From the human T2T-CHM13v2.0 reference genome, Homo sapiens, in NCBI RefSeq assembly GCF_009914755.1, contig NC_060940.1: 64,000 nucleotides of DNA; one strand, given 5' to 3'. The notes under the pieces are model-generated. The model was given only the letters and a program-made list of their open reading frames with translations. It did not search any database and was not told the DNA's origin. The first letter of the stretch is position 1; each line of letters opens with the position of its first letter. Made by a program: the position numbers and the translations under genes. Shown piece by piece: positions 15,194-30,689 of the stretch.

Positions 15194-15519
15194 AGATCAA
15201 GCTTAATATATACAGTGTTTGCTTTATCAAGGAGTAAGCAAGTATCCCCCAAAAGCTATTCCTTTTGTGTGGAATGGGCAAACCTCTGGATTTGAGAGCG
15301 TGAGACTCAGAGGTTGGGGCTGTCAGTTTTAGCACATAAAAATGCAAAACTGACTCCCAGTTAAATTTGAAGAATTGCTCTAATGAATTTTTGTAATGTA
15401 TTAAAAATAGCTGAATGCAGGACAATTTGGGCATTTTGACAAAGTGAATAATGACACGAGATGAAATTATTAAGGACAGGACACGACTTGTACACATGGG
15501 CCCCCTAGATCCCCAGCCA

Positions 15520-16041
15520 CAGGGGTCCCCAATCCCCGGGCCACGGACCAGTACTGGTCCATGGCCTGTCAGGAGCCGGATCACACAGCAGGAGGTAAGT
15601 GGTGCGCACGCAAGTGAAGCTTCATCTGTGTTTACAGCTGCTCCCTATCCCTCTCATTACCACCTTAGCTCTGCCTCCCGTCAGATCAGCAGCGGCATGA
15701 GATTCTCATAGGAGCGCAAACCCTTTTGGGAACTGCATATGCGAGGGATCTAGGTTGCGCACTCCCTGTGAGAATCTAATGCCTGATGATCTGTCACTGT
15801 CTCCCATCACCCCCACATGGGACCATCTAGTTGCAAGAAAACAAGCTCAGGGCTCCCACTGATTCTACATGATAGTAAGTTGTATAATTCATTATATGTT
15901 ACAATGTAATTATAATAGAAATAAAGTGCACAATAAATGGAACATGCTTGAATCACCCCGAAGCCATGCCCCCTCACCATCTGTGGAAAAACTGCCTTCC
16001 ATGAAACTGGTCCCTGGTGCCAAAAAGATTTGGGACTGCTG
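15520..16041 (+). mobile_element. MER1A (hAT-Charlie), full length
   Basis: caggggtccccaa...ggtgccaaaaagatttgggactgctg; ~520 bp; degenerate 8-bp TSD cccagcca/ccctacca. Confidence 0.9.
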
Positions 16042-16059
16042 CCCTACCAGGTGTGTACC

Positions 16060-16240
16060 TTGGGTCTGTCACACCTTAGGCTGTGTGATCGTGAATAGAA
16101 CCCCCCTCACCTAGCTCACTCTCTGTAACTGCAAAATATGGACAATAGCATTTGCCTCGTAGAGTTATTAGAGGGTGAACTGAGACGACATAAAATACCC
16201 AGTAGTGTGCAAGGTATATAGTAGGTACTCAAGAAACACT
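16060..16240 (+). mobile_element. MIR fragment
   Basis: ctgtgtgatc...ctgcaaaatatggacaatag...tagtaggtactcaagaaa. Confidence 0.65.
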
Positions 16241-16868
16241 TTGTGGATATACCAGCCAATTCCCTAGTTTCCAGGAAAAGTTTTTTTTTTTTTTTTTCAC
16301 TCAAAACACTTAACTCCTATTGAGTGTTTTATGCATCAAAGAACTTGGCCTTTTCTTCATGAAAAACATATCTTTTAATGGGGGTCGCATTTCGATGTTT
16401 CATCCATCCTATATTTAAAAACACCAGCCATTTCTCCTAACGATAAAGTTGTTACACAAGTTAAAAAAAATAGGGCAACAGAAACAATGCCCATTATATT
16501 ATTGTCAAGCCTTTATTATGTAGGTATTAAATTTGACCTCAGAGGTCATCACTCTTGGAAAATGTTTCCATCTGTAGCACTCCATTCTCCATTCTGTTGG
16601 TTCAATTAAGCCTAAGAATTTAAATTATCTCTCTAACTCTAAAAATATGTACAGATACTACTGAAACGGGAAACTATTTCAGGGCTTAGAAGAAATTCTG
16701 TAGGAGTGAATGTGCTCACAGCTTTCAGGCCAGAAAGGTTGACCCTTCCAGATCTTTCAAAGGTTGTGGAAAGACTGTGGAAATCAAATCAAATCAAGTC
16801 AAAATAGACAGGCTTTCTCTCAAGAAGAGGGTTTGGAAGAGAGGCGGGGGGATGGACAAGTTGTATGT

Positions 16869-16870
<2 letters not shown>

Positions 16871-16899
<29 letters not shown>
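16871..16899 (+). repeat. (CA)n microsatellite
   Basis: About 14 CA units. Confidence 0.95.
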
Positions 16900-16903
<4 letters not shown>

Positions 16904-17576
16904 TCAGTGGGAAATGTGTTTGTCTAAAAACATTAAATTAACAACTTCTTTGAGTGACAGCATTTCTTCCTTTCTTTCTCTTATTTCCAGTTCATTCTTA
17001 TCAGAATTCTGTCAGCTCTCAAGCTGACATTTTCCTGTTCTGATCTTTTCTCAGATAGTAAAGAGGGATTTTTTTTTTTTTAAATTGGGCTGATGCAAAC
17101 AGCAGATCAGCCTACAGAGAAACGTCAAGGACAGTTTGTAGTCCTAATCCCTGACCCCCCTGCCCTCTCCTAACTAGCTATTGACATTGAACTTAAAAAA
17201 ACTGCAATGCCGAGATGAGATAATGTTTTAGAGGAAAGAGAAAAGGAGTGTGGTGAGACTCCTGTGGCAGATGGGGGCATTTCAGAAGTGAATGTGCTGC
17301 TGGCCTGTGAGTTAAACTTCAGGCTTTTCAAAGTTCAGTTTTGCTTAAAGTATCTGGTAAAGAAAACGGGTCTCATCCTCTAGACCAGAAATGGAGCAGG
17401 CGAGTCTCTTTGGATGACAGCGATTTGCCCTCTTTGGGTGATCCTGGCTTTGTTCACGTGAAGTGGTGACACTTTCATGATGCTTGGTGTAGAGAAACTG
17501 TTGGCGTGGTTTCTACATTGGACAAAGCACTCCTTTTCACGTCACCCACGTTGCATAACAGAGCTGGGCTTTATAA

Positions 17577-17886
<310 letters not shown>

Positions 17887-17914
17887 AGGTTTGGAATTTT
17901 TAACAGGGATATCT

Positions 17915-18085
17915 TTATTATTATTATTTTCCTTTTAAGAGACAGGGTCTGGCTCTGTCACCCAGGCTGGAGTGCAGTGACACAATCTTACCTTACTGCA
18001 GCCTCTAACTCCTGGGCTGCAGCGATCCTCCGGCCTCGGCCTCCCAAAGCACTGCGATTACAGGCATGAGTCACCAGGCCTAGCC
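17915..18085 (-). mobile_element. Alu monomer (FRAM or inter-arm-deleted AluJ)
   Basis: Right-arm 3' sequence runs directly into left-arm-type cctcggcctcccaaag..ttacaggcatgag. Confidence 0.8.
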
Positions 18086-18493
18086 CTTAAAAGGGGTCCC
18101 TAAAGGGACTTTTGCAGCCATTTCAAAATAGAGAAGGAGAAAGAACCTTGCCAATACTCTGTTTGGACCCCTTTGTCCTCTCGAGCTGATGAGCTTCGGT
18201 CCACCTTCCTGTGAAGACACTCTCACCTGAGATGGTGAATTTGACTTGCTTCCTCTCTAGTGGGGAAACAGGGACAAAGAGAGAAATAGTTTTTTCAGAA
18301 AACCCTGACTAAACTATTGTGAAGTCACCTGCCCTTATTTTCCTATCACTTGGTCCTGCATGTTGTAGAATAAAGCCCTGGCATCTCTGAAAATATTTCC
18401 GCTATTTTGCTACTGTTGGAAAGGTGGCTTTGTTGACTGGTGACCAAACCAGAAGAAAACCTGAGAGAGAAAATGTTAGATTCCCAGGGGTAG

Positions 18494-18887
<394 letters not shown>

Positions 18888-19537
18888 ACATCTGGGTATT
18901 TCTAAGAGGCAGTATGTTATCCTGCTTAACATAAAAGGGTGAAGACATTCTCCAACGTCTCTACCTTCTAGAAGCTGCTGGGCCACACCCCGGGGATTCC
19001 AAACCCTTTCCGGGCATGCCAAAGGCCAGTGAGCAGCTAGCAGAATTCTAATCACGTGATCATTGTTCACTGGGGTCGGCAGATGCCACTGTCATTGCTT
19101 CCTTTACGTTTATTGCTTGAGACACTTGAAATTAGGCCTGACATAGCAATAACAAATGTACTACAGGGAACGAGCCGGCACTGGACCCTAGGGAATGATC
19201 TAGAAGACTTAATAGGTCTTTTCCGTCTTTAATTTCCATGGTTCTAAATATGCCGGCTGCTTATAAAGCAGAAGATTGATTCTGAGGCAGACTGGTTAGT
19301 TTTGGAAGCAGTGAGTGGAGAGGATTTTGCTTTTTGCAGCCATGTTCCTTGATGCCCACTTTAGGCTGGATGTGGTTTCTGAGGGCAGCCCTGGCATCTC
19401 TCCTTTCACCTCTCTTTGGTAGGGAGCAAATGGGGAAGGAGTTGTCTTGGGCATTCCCCCTGAGCTCACCAACAAGGTATGAGCATCTCCGTGTACCGGG
19501 AACTCCTCCTTGTCTGTATGGTGAAAGTGTAAGGACT

Positions 19538-19684
19538 GGGCAGGCATGGTGGCTCATGCCTGTAATCCTAGTGCTTTAGGAGGCTGAGGCAGGAGGGTCA
19601 CCTGAGCCCAGGAGTTCAAGACCAGCCTGGGCAACATAGGGAGACCCTCATCTCTAAAAAAATTAAAAAAAAATTTAAAAACTA
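19538..19684 (+). mobile_element. FLAM_C-type monomer
   Basis: Left arm only, tgagcccaggagttc, A-tail; TSD aaagtgtaaggac / aaagtctaaagac. Confidence 0.88.
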
Positions 19685-22609
19685 AAAGTCTAAAGACACA
19701 CAATTGAGAAATGGAGGTGATGTTATGGGCTCACCAACATCTCACATCCACTCTTGAAAGAAGCCAAGTGCTCAGCGTCAGTGGTGAGCCTCCCTAGGAA
19801 GAAGTCTTTTTGTTTCTTCATAAGATAGAGTGAGCATCTTGACCACTCCTTATCTGAGGCCAAGGGACTAAGACTCACCTTAAGGAACGCACCTTTGGAA
19901 GCAGGAAGCTGCTGACATGTGTAATGGTGTGACTTCGTATTACACAGCTGGTGAATTCATTTTGGAAGTGGCTGTGTGGGGGAAGAAGTTGCTGTTTTTC
20001 CTTTGGTAATTGTTCCCATTGGCTTCCCCCACCCCCATCCCCACTATGATGCAAGGAAACAATTATAGGAATAAAAAAGACACAGCTAAGTTTAGAGAGA
20101 ATGGGGACAGGCACTAGGAGTTTCCAAGTTTTCTTTGAGCTCACACATAGATTGCCTTTTTCTGGACATGGGAAAGAAGAACAATTTCAGTTTTTCCAGC
20201 CATAAAACAGGGAACTTAATGATTGCTTGCATCATAGAAAATGTTATAAGGACAAACTAGCTTACATTTTTACACTGGCCTGCAGACACACTCTATTACA
20301 TAAGTGAAGAGGATCTTTCATGACAGTGAAGGTGTGCGTAAGAAGGGGACCCAGGCATCTGTTCACTTTTCTGTCTCCATTTCCAGGGTGAGATACACAG
20401 CTGGAAAAGCTACTTGTTGTGGCTGATGAAATGCCAGCACTGATATCATGCTTTGAACCGTTTTATCCGGATTTAAGGAGCCAGTTTCCAATTAATCAGA
20501 CTCCAAGGTCACTCACCGAACCAGTGTCTCAGGTAGAGGAGGATTATGTGTGGGGGAGAGCAGAGTGGGGACATGAGGGACTACAGGGCGAAGGAAGAAA
20601 AGGGAGAAGGATAGAGACCAGGGTGAAGAGGGACTGGATTTTTTTTTTTTGTAAATTGCCGGAATTTGAAATAATCATTGGTTAGGGGAAACGTGTTGGC
20701 TTACTAAAAACCCTTTTTAGTTTGCTACCCCCTAAAAATGGGACCAAATCCATGGCTGAAAAGGATCCTGCTTTCCTGGTGGCTGTGTGGTGGCTCTGCC
20801 CAGCCTGATGTCATATTCAGAGGCGTGGGAGAGGCAGAGCCCCTCCTGCAGGAGCTGTTTCATCAGGATTCTGTGGGCTTTCTATGCAACCCCTCTTAAA
20901 AATCTGAAAATGAAACAAGACATATTTCTGAGGTTGTCAGCAGGTAGATCCACTGGTTTGTGGTAAGTAATCTCTCTGGGAGGAAGTCTTGGCTCTGATG
21001 TCTGTGTTGAACGTTCCGTGGCTCCCCCCGGCCGCCCCAGCACAGGTCTGTTCGCTGGGCAAGGAGGCGGTGATGATATTGCTTCTAACAACCAGACTGA
21101 AGCGTAGCCTCAGGCTGTCTTGCAAAGCCCCTTCCAAACTGCCTCTAATTAATTTTTATCCTGCCATCCCAATGAGTCCCGGGGGTACAACAACCCAACA
21201 ACAGAAAAACCCTCATCAAGTCATTTGGAGAAAGCTTTGACGTAACGCTTGCAGATTTTAGATCTCCAAAAGAGGAAATGCTGCAGAAAAACAAAAAACC
21301 AAACCAAACCCCTCCCGTTTGGTCACCTCCATCCTACTCGATTTTTCCCCCCAGATTCTCACCTTTTCTTTACAGTGGCAGTAAGTCTGATCTCTCTCTG
21401 GTCCCCTCTCACCCACGGCTCTTTCAGAGACAATACAGAGCTGTATTTCTTTTTTTTTTCTGCGGGAAGACAACCCTGAATTCCCTGTGGTCTGGGGTCA
21501 GGTACCTGCACTGGGCTGCCCTGGGAATCTCTTAAAAGAGGGGAAGGAGAAAAGCTGGCCTCTCTGGCTTGTAGCCGCGGTGGGGCCAGGCCTCCTCATG
21601 CTGTGCAAACACGCTTTAGTGGACATATGTTGGGAGCAGAGGGAAGGTTCCACAAAGAGGAATCTGACCCACCAAACACATCAAACATGCAGCACCCTGG
21701 GCCTCCCCCGTTAGAAGTGCTGCTGGCAGCAGCTCAGTCGCCCTACTTGGCTGTGTGGTGGGGGGTTCACGCAAAACTATTCAGGTTGCTTTTCTTCTTA
21801 TTCCGAGGGGATCTGGGGACAGAGGGGTGCCTTCCTCCCTGGCACTAGCACATGAGCCTCACTTGCTACCTTCCCTCCAGCTCTGGAAGTCTCAGCCCCT
21901 GGGATCAGATGTCCACTGATCTCCTCCCCAAACACCCTATCCCACCGCCGTTGCAAAGCCCTCCCTGCCCCTCTGCGTCTGTTCAGGATGCTTCTCTTAG
22001 GACCTTGGAATGAATGAAAATTTAGGAAGAGTGACTGTTTGAAATGAGGCATTGAGAGGTGCTGAAACCCAAACCACCCGCCGCCCTGGCTTCCTGGGAT
22101 TTCTGGACAAAAAAGGTTGAGTGACTTCTCCCCTCCCCGGGACACAACAGAGGAGAGTGATCCGGTGCCAGCGGCCCTGGTGTTAATTTCATGATCACCG
22201 GGTGCCAAAGAAAGTTACTCAGGATCCGCTGGACTCGACAGCTCCTGAGAAATGGAGTCTTTGTTTCTAATGCGTCTGAGCTGTCTGGCTCCTTTAAAAG
22301 AGTTAATCACAGAATCACAGGCCTAGAAAAAGACTTCTTGGATGGCTCCTCTGTGCTAGGTCCAAGTGAGTGAGGGCTGATCCTGTTTTTGAAGAAGCCC
22401 GTGGAGCGCCACTCCAGTGACTAATCGCTCGTAATTGTCCTCGTTAATTTTAACCTCATGCGCTGGTGCTTTAAGCAGATTTCCATTTGTCCGTCCTCAG
22501 AGAAGGTGGAAGGCATTGCTCATCGCACAAATGGGGTCATTCATTTCCTTCCCTCTCCTTTTTCTTGTCTCCTTGGGCGATCGACTGGCCCAACAGGGAA
22601 GAGCAAATG

Positions 22610-22762
22610 GTGGGGAGCTGGACACAAGTGGGTCTAAAGTCTGCAACTTCCTAACTATGCTGCTAAGCCTCAGTTTCCCTGTCTGTGAAACTGGAGGAAT
22701 AATAGCCACCTCATTGGGTTGTTTTGAGGATTAAATGAAATAATGGAAGGAAAGTGCTTTGC
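22610..22762 (+). mobile_element. MIR fragment
   Basis: gcctcagtttccctgtctgtgaaactggaggaataatagccacctcattgggttgttttgaggattaaatga. Confidence 0.8.
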
Positions 22763-22904
22763 GTGGGTTCAGGGTGATGCCTCCTACAGGCTCACAAACA
22801 AAAATGTGCCCTCTGCAGGAAAGGTGGATGCACGTGGAATTCCTGCTTTTCGGGGTACCCTGTTCTTCAGTGCCAAGTGATATTGGTGGATGAGACAGCA
22901 AAGA

Positions 22905-23130
22905 GCAGTGGAAAGAGAATTGTTACTGGGGGCCTGAAGATGTGGGTCCTATTCACAGCTCTGCTATAACCTAGTCTTGTGACCCTCACTCAGGAAGGCA
23001 CCACCTCTCTGGGCCTCAGTTTTCTAGCCTGTAACATAATCTCCACCCTGTCTGCTTTGCAGGGGAGTTGGGGAGCAACTGAGGAAAGGAGAGATGGGGG
23101 CGGTGAACTGCCAACAGAAAGTGCTAGTCA
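22905..23130 (+). mobile_element. MIR fragment
   Basis: gcagtggaaagag...tgtgacc...cctctctgggcctcagttttct. Confidence 0.6.
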
Positions 23131-23393
23131 AATGTCAGGTGTGAAGAGTCCTGAAGGTCGATGCTCAACCAGCTCTGCTGCTGCCCCTGGCATTTTCCCT
23201 GGCACCAAGGAACATGTTGACAGTTTGCTGGGATCCCCCTGAATTTCCAGTATCCTGGGGGTAAGGACTGGAGTGAAGCAAGTTAAGGTATATATTATCT
23301 GACTCACTTTGTAGGGTTCACAGTTCCTTAGACCCTCAGTTCTGGTTTGTTTTGAAAGGGGACAACCCCTGTCTGGGAGGAGCCTTTAGTCAA

Positions 23394-23632
23394 GAGGCAG
23401 TACTGCATAGTGGTGAAGCAGTTTGTTAAACCCCACAGACTATGGGGCCAGACCCTGGTCATATTCTAACTCTGCCACTTTCCCTCCTATGTCCTTGGGA
23501 AGCCGCCTGCCTCTCTGTGTTTCAGCATCCTCAGCTGTACAGTGGGGATAATAAGAATTCCCATCTGATAAGGATTGTGTAAGTATGCACCACATGCTTA
23601 AACCATGCCCTGGCACATGGTATACACTCAAG
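23394..23632 (+). mobile_element. MIR
   Basis: gaggcagtactgcatagtgg...ctctgccactt...ctgtacagtggggataataa...cctggcacatggtatacactca. Confidence 0.8.
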
Positions 23633-23730
23633 ATGTAGTGACAGTATAATCGTCATGAGTCAAATGTTTGTGGTCCATGCAGTGATGAAGCCTGATTCGT
23701 TTCTGAAAGACCTCGCTAGGACCCTCTAGT

Positions 23731-24243
<513 letters not shown>

Positions 24244-25138
24244 TAGGTCACCAGGATCATCCAAGTACAGTTTTGGATATAGTAAGGAAAAGTATCTGGT
24301 ATAATAAAATTATATTATGGTTACGTCAACTAGAGGTCCAAAAAAGAAAGAAAATGTATGATATAATTGAACCCAAGCTAGGCTTCATAAATCTTTTTCT
24401 TGAGTGGTATGCCTTTGATGCATGTCATTGCAATTTTTGTCCACACCCAATTCACACTGCTCTGAGAGAATCCTGGAGAAACTTTCTCTTTGCCTCTATT
24501 TCCATGGCAATTGTGAATAGCCAAGAGTCACTTTGTTAAGAATTCCTAATTCTGGAGAAATGGAAGGTCAAAGTCATGAACCTCTCAGTTAATAGTGGAA
24601 GTTTCCTTATTTTAAGTTTTATGAAGAACTCTCTTAAGTATGGTGTTTATAGGCTAGGGTTTGCAAGAACCTGAATCAAAAAACAAATAATAGCAAACAT
24701 ACCCTTCGCTAGGATTCTACCTGGATGACCTCATTATAATTTGGTAGGAATTAAGGGTTAGACCCACAAGAGTTTCATTTTCAGGTTAGACAGAAGCATA
24801 TTTCAAGTCTCTCCAAATACCTACTTAACAAATACCACCTTTTGCATGTTCTTGATTTATTTCTCTACTTCTATACCATTGGCTTTGCAAAATTAATTTG
24901 CCACATGGAAATTTCTTAAATCACTTTCTCACCAAACCATGAATATGGTTTGGAAAAGGGAGAAGGGGAGGACCCTTTGTTTTTTCTATTAAGGGCTGAT
25001 AACCCACAGGAAAAACTGATTTTTTCCGAAAAAATCAAATATCTGCATTTTCTTTTCTTAGGGAAACAAATACCTGTTTGGAAAATTAAGTACAGAGAAG
25101 ATACAGAAATACTACAAAATATGGTTGTGTCTTTACTA

Positions 25139-25438
25139 TTTTTTTTTTTTTTTTTTTTGAGATGGAGTCTTGCTCTGTCACCCAGGCTGGACTGCAGTGG
25201 TGTGATCTGGGCTCACTACAACCTCCGCCACCTGGGTTCAAGTGATTCTTCTGCCTCAGCCTCCCGAGCAGCTGGGACTACAGGCATGCACCACCACACC
25301 CAGCTAGTTTTTGTATTTTTAGTAGAGACGGGGTTTCACCATATTGGCCAGGCTGGTCCTGAATTCCTGACCTTGTGATCCATCTGCCTTGGCCTTTCAA
25401 AGTGCTGGGATTACAGGCGTGAGCCACCACGCCTGGCC
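25139..25438 (-). mobile_element. Full-length Alu (AluS-type)
   Basis: TSD tgtgtctttactatt on both sides. Confidence 0.95.
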
Positions 25439-27638
25439 TGTGTCTTTACTATTATATCCAATTTAAGTGGCTAGAAAGCAAAAAAAATAGGACAGGTAAA
25501 GGTTGGTGAAGGGGAATCAGGAACGGCAGGAAGTGCTAGAGAGAGTGAGGGGCCTGACTGAACAGGTGGGAGAGAAGCGGTGGTTGCAGAAGAGATGGAT
25601 TTGGGTCAGGCAGTTACACCAATGGTGCAGAGAGGAAAGATAATGTAGCAACCACTAGTTACCATCTTTATACGTGTATATCTTTGTATCTCCCTCATTG
25701 CCTAACACACATGCCGTGTACATATTAGGTACTCAGTAAGTTAATGAAACAGAAACAAAGAGAATGTGTAAAACACCAGAAGCTGTAAAATTAATTTTGA
25801 CTTAGAAGTGTACTTTATCTAGGCTGTGATCTTACCATTATTATCAAGTGCCATCTGTTTCTCTTGAAATAGTTTTTTTTTTTTTTTGGAGGGGGGATGG
25901 GTGGGGGTTGGTGCAGTTTAATTGCTCTTCACAGGTCTTCAACTGCTTTAATTAATCCCAAGCTTCAGAAGCTCTACCCCGAATGGGATATCTAGAGCTT
26001 CCTGCTTGGGGTGGTGGGGAGGGCCAGATTTTCCTCAAGACTGCAATAGGAGTGCGCAGAAATCATATCACAGTGAGCTTGGGAGCTCCCTGTGGACTTG
26101 GGTTAGCAATTTCCCATCCTGATGGCTACGGACTTCGATACAGCCTAGTGACGCCATATTTGTAGATCATAGACAACTGCTTACATTTCTTCTCTGAAAA
26201 ATAATTCTGAACTGGGGCTTGAAAACATAGAGTTGAGAAACAAAGGACAAGGGAAACATTAATTTTGTGCTTAACACTCAACAGTAGTGTCCATCCTGGC
26301 CAGAAAAAAAAAAAAAGTGTTCTCCTGGTTTGAGAGAATCTGGCTTTAGCAGAACATCTGAGTTGGAATCCCATGTAGCTATGGAATGAAAATGTGCCAT
26401 ATTTGAATGACTGGTCTGTCCACTCCTTATAATGACATCTAGCCCAAATAATAGACCCATACGTGTAGGTGGCACTTAAAAAATACCATTCACCAGAAGG
26501 AGGTTTTGAGAGGACTCTACCTCACTATTTCAGCCATGCTTGAAATAACTGCAAATGGTCCCATGCCACATGAAAGGCACTAAGTGGCATTCCTTGGATG
26601 AGCAGGGAGCCCAGGACTCTTGATGGTAGGCGTTCTGGAGGGCCATGGAGCTGGGACACTGGTATTGACATGGTGACCCCTAGTGTTTCCTGTTGGTAGC
26701 ACGACTTGGAACACCACCAGCAACCCTGGCCTAAGTAGGGCGTCTTTACCATCTTCTGATGGAAGGAGTTATTGCCCACCATAATTGTTTATGTCTTTAA
26801 AACCATCATGTTAAACAATCCCCCCCTTCAACTTTAATGCATTTTTCTGCACAATATCCACTTCTAACCCCTGCTGAATAGAACTGAGTCTTGACACTGT
26901 TGTTTTCTTATAATGTGTGGCCTCCTGTCTAAGCATTTCAAAGATCAAGATATATCAATTCATTACTGTGGTTACAATGTCATAAACAATGGATAATGGC
27001 ATCAATGGATGAATTGTTGGAGGAGGTGGGTATTGCTATATCCACGGCATGAGAGCGTGACTAGGAAGGATTTACTATGAGCACATGAAGTAGAGGACAA
27101 GCTAGCAAGGTGGATATGGTGATTGGTCCAAGTACCATGTCTGTTGTCTGTTGTATTTTTCATCTCAGTACCCTGCTCCAGACATTGTAGCAAATGATGA
27201 GTAAACATAAAGCAATTGGATTGTATATGCTCATGCAAGGAGGTGAGGAAAGTCAACTAAGCGGATAATTCAAACCACCTAAACCACTTCCCCATGACTT
27301 ATCTGGATATTTCAGAGAAAAGTATTTTCTTTTTGGGATTTGATCATGTGTATTTCTACTAAACATGATAGATGTCTTCATTTCTAATGTTACATACTAT
27401 AGGCAGACACAGCCTGAGGGTAAAAAACAATGATTACAACTCATTCATTCATTATCACAAACCTTACTTGACATAGACTAAGTGGGCTGGGAATGGGCTG
27501 GCCGTTGGTTCAAATCCCAGTGCTTTTCAGTTTATGGTTATTACCCTGTTTTATTTCAGGTATAAAAGATGCTTCTTGTCAGTGTTCCAAATGTACTTGG
27601 GTGTCGGTAAAGAAAAAGAAGATAAGTAGAGTATCTGA

Positions 27639-27963
<325 letters not shown>

Positions 27964-28106
27964 CCTTATTTGGTGTTTGAAGAATCATGTCACCGTTATC
28001 ACAAAGACTGTAAGTCTTTTAACTGCATGAATACCATTGGTTACTTTATTCTCTTCCATGCTGGTATCTTTTTTTTTTTTTTTTTGAAGTTTAACCCCAT
28101 TGCTGG

Positions 28107-28216
28107 ACATACCAGTGTTATGAAGAAGAAAATAAACTAAAAAATGCTTATTTTATGCAGAAAGGTATAATTCTGATTAATAGTAATAAATCAAAATAAA
28201 TCGGTAGAATTTCTAA
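28107..28216 (+). repeat. Copy 1 of 110-bp dispersed direct repeat
   Basis: Colinear with 29857-29966, 11 mismatches, no indels by manual alignment. Confidence 0.9.
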
Positions 28217-29856
28217 GACTCAAGTGAGAGCTTGGGGTTCTTCTCTAGCTTTCGTTGATCTATCGAGAAACAAAGGCCAGAAACTGCATGTAAAACAAAG
28301 AGGCACAAAAGGCAAATGTAATCCCATCATTTAGATGAGTTCTTGGGTGACATCTTTGTGGTTTCCTTTTCCTATATCTAGACCTCCAGATTCAGTTGGT
28401 GGCTCATCCTCGCTACAGAAACTTCCTTAATATGCCAGAGGGACATGTTGGAAGCGAAGGGCTTCTGTCATCATTGGGAAGGGCAGAAACAAAAGGGGAC
28501 TTTCACTCAGATGCAGGAGGGAAGCAAGTTCTCCCAGGCAAAGCCAACGGCACTGGATTCTTTCCCCCAACCTACTTGTTATATTCAAATACTTCAGACT
28601 CTCCTTTTTATAAAAAATCAGTTCTGCCTTCTCAAAGCAAACCATCAACATCAAAAACAATGACATTGGATGTCATTTTAAATGAAAAAGAAAAAGAAAT
28701 AAACAGATTCAAATGTGAGCTCGGGGACTCTCGACTTTGTGAACGTCCCGTTCAAAACAAAGCTCTTTGACTATTAGGCTGAGACCAGAGAGTTTTACCT
28801 TCCAGGTGTATATTTCTAGAGTCATCTGTGAATTGGGGGGAAACTTTGGAAACTGATGTCCAGGTTCAACTATACCATCAAATTCTGGAGAAGATTGCTA
28901 ACGTATGATCAGAAAGGAAGAAGACGGTTTGTGTAGACAACGTGGCTGGTCCCTCGTAGAATGGGGCGTAACGGGGTACACTTAGGTATCCAGAGTACAG
29001 AAAACCTGCTGACAGGTAGACACCTAAGGTGACAAAGAAATTGCCATATTTATTGCTTTAGTGGGATAAAATGCATGGTTGTCTAAAATGAAACGGTAGC
29101 ACCAAGTCCATGGCCCATGAAAGTGACTCTGCTGCCATCTATGCCCAAAGCCTCTTGTTTCCAAGGAAGCCGGTTTTATAGGAATGCATCAGAACATCTT
29201 CTTTTACCTTTTGACAAAATGAAACTGCGTCCTTGGGAGTTTCCCACCCATTGCTCTCTTGGCTACTTCACTCCAGTACTATTTCATTACTTATTGATTT
29301 TTCAACGCCTCTCTGCATGGCTGTAATTTACACAAGTCCTTACAGCCCTTAGCGATTCTTAACACCTCAAGGTAAGATCACTGAGTCCACTAGAGAGAGA
29401 CATTCTTTTCTGGAATGATGAAAAATTGGTGAGTCTCCTTGCTAACACAGGCTCCTTTGGGAGGCCATGGTGGATGGAAAGTAACATCACAGTCCTCCAG
29501 GTGCTACAGTGAGAGGGTGAACGAGGCCAACTCCAAAATGGATGTTGTCACATTCTTGTTATGCTACTGAAGTCTATGCAACTTTTATTTCCAGAATGAA
29601 ATACAGAGTTTTATAGATTGGCAGTTCTTAGTGAAAAAAAAGAAAGCCTATGAAGTAACCTGAAAGCTGGTAACATTGGATTTATTATGATCTTTTAAAA
29701 AATTAATCACCACACTAGTCAATTTGTAAAATATGTGTTTGCCTTTGTTGTAATCAAGGTTCCACATGGAAAAAAGAAATGGAAGTAAAGGAAAATGTCA
29801 GCATGATGAAAAAACATAGAAGAAAATAAGTGTCTTCTGGAGAGTTTTTGAGTAAA

Positions 29857-29966
29857 ACATACCAGTGTTATGAAGAAGAATAAAAACTAAAAAATGAATA
29901 TCTTATGCAGAAAGGTATAATTCTGATTAATAGTAGTAAATCGTATTAAATTGGTGGAATTTCTAA
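29857..29966 (+). repeat. Copy 2 of 110-bp dispersed direct repeat
   Basis: acataccagtgttatgaagaagaa...ttatgcagaaaggtataattctgattaatagta...gaatttctaa shared with 28107-28216. Confidence 0.9.
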
Positions 29967-30689
29967 AGTCTCCTATCCAGACTTCATTATTTGGCCTTCA
30001 AAAGTTTATAATTAAAAAAATTACTCAGCTATTTTGCTATATATTACTAGGAAATATTTTTTGTTTCAGCCATAAAACCCCTTCATGAATTTTTATTTTA
30101 TATATTTAGAATTATGGTGAGAATGTGATTTATACATTTGAAGGAAAATTTAATATTATCGAATAATCATATGAAAAATGATATCTTTTCAACCAAAGAT
30201 AGGATTGAATTCTCTTGATGCTTCCACTACAAAATGATATTAAATAAAAGATCCCTTGAAGAAGTGTATTTTAGATTGGCCCTGTGAGGAAGCCATAGTC
30301 TGAAAAAACCGATAAATGTCAGACTGTTTACACAGTATCATGTAGCTTACCTAACTCTATGACCTGAAAACCATTTCTGGATGCTTCCAAAACAATGAAC
30401 CTAACCAATTCACAAATCACAGACTTTTTTTTTAAGCTTAAAGTGAATTTAGAAAGCATCTGGACCAATTATAGTTAATTTGTTGAAATCAGGGAAAATA
30501 ATCCTATCAAAGGAGCTATTTAGCATTTGAATATTTTTTAAAAGCCAATTTTTTGATGACATACTTTACTTTTTAATTATGTATTACCTGTTACGCTCAT
30601 GATTATTCATCCTTCACCTGATGTAAACCACCCAATTTTCCAATGCCTTGGGACGTACTGAGATAATTGTAATGAACATGGTGCTTGCT

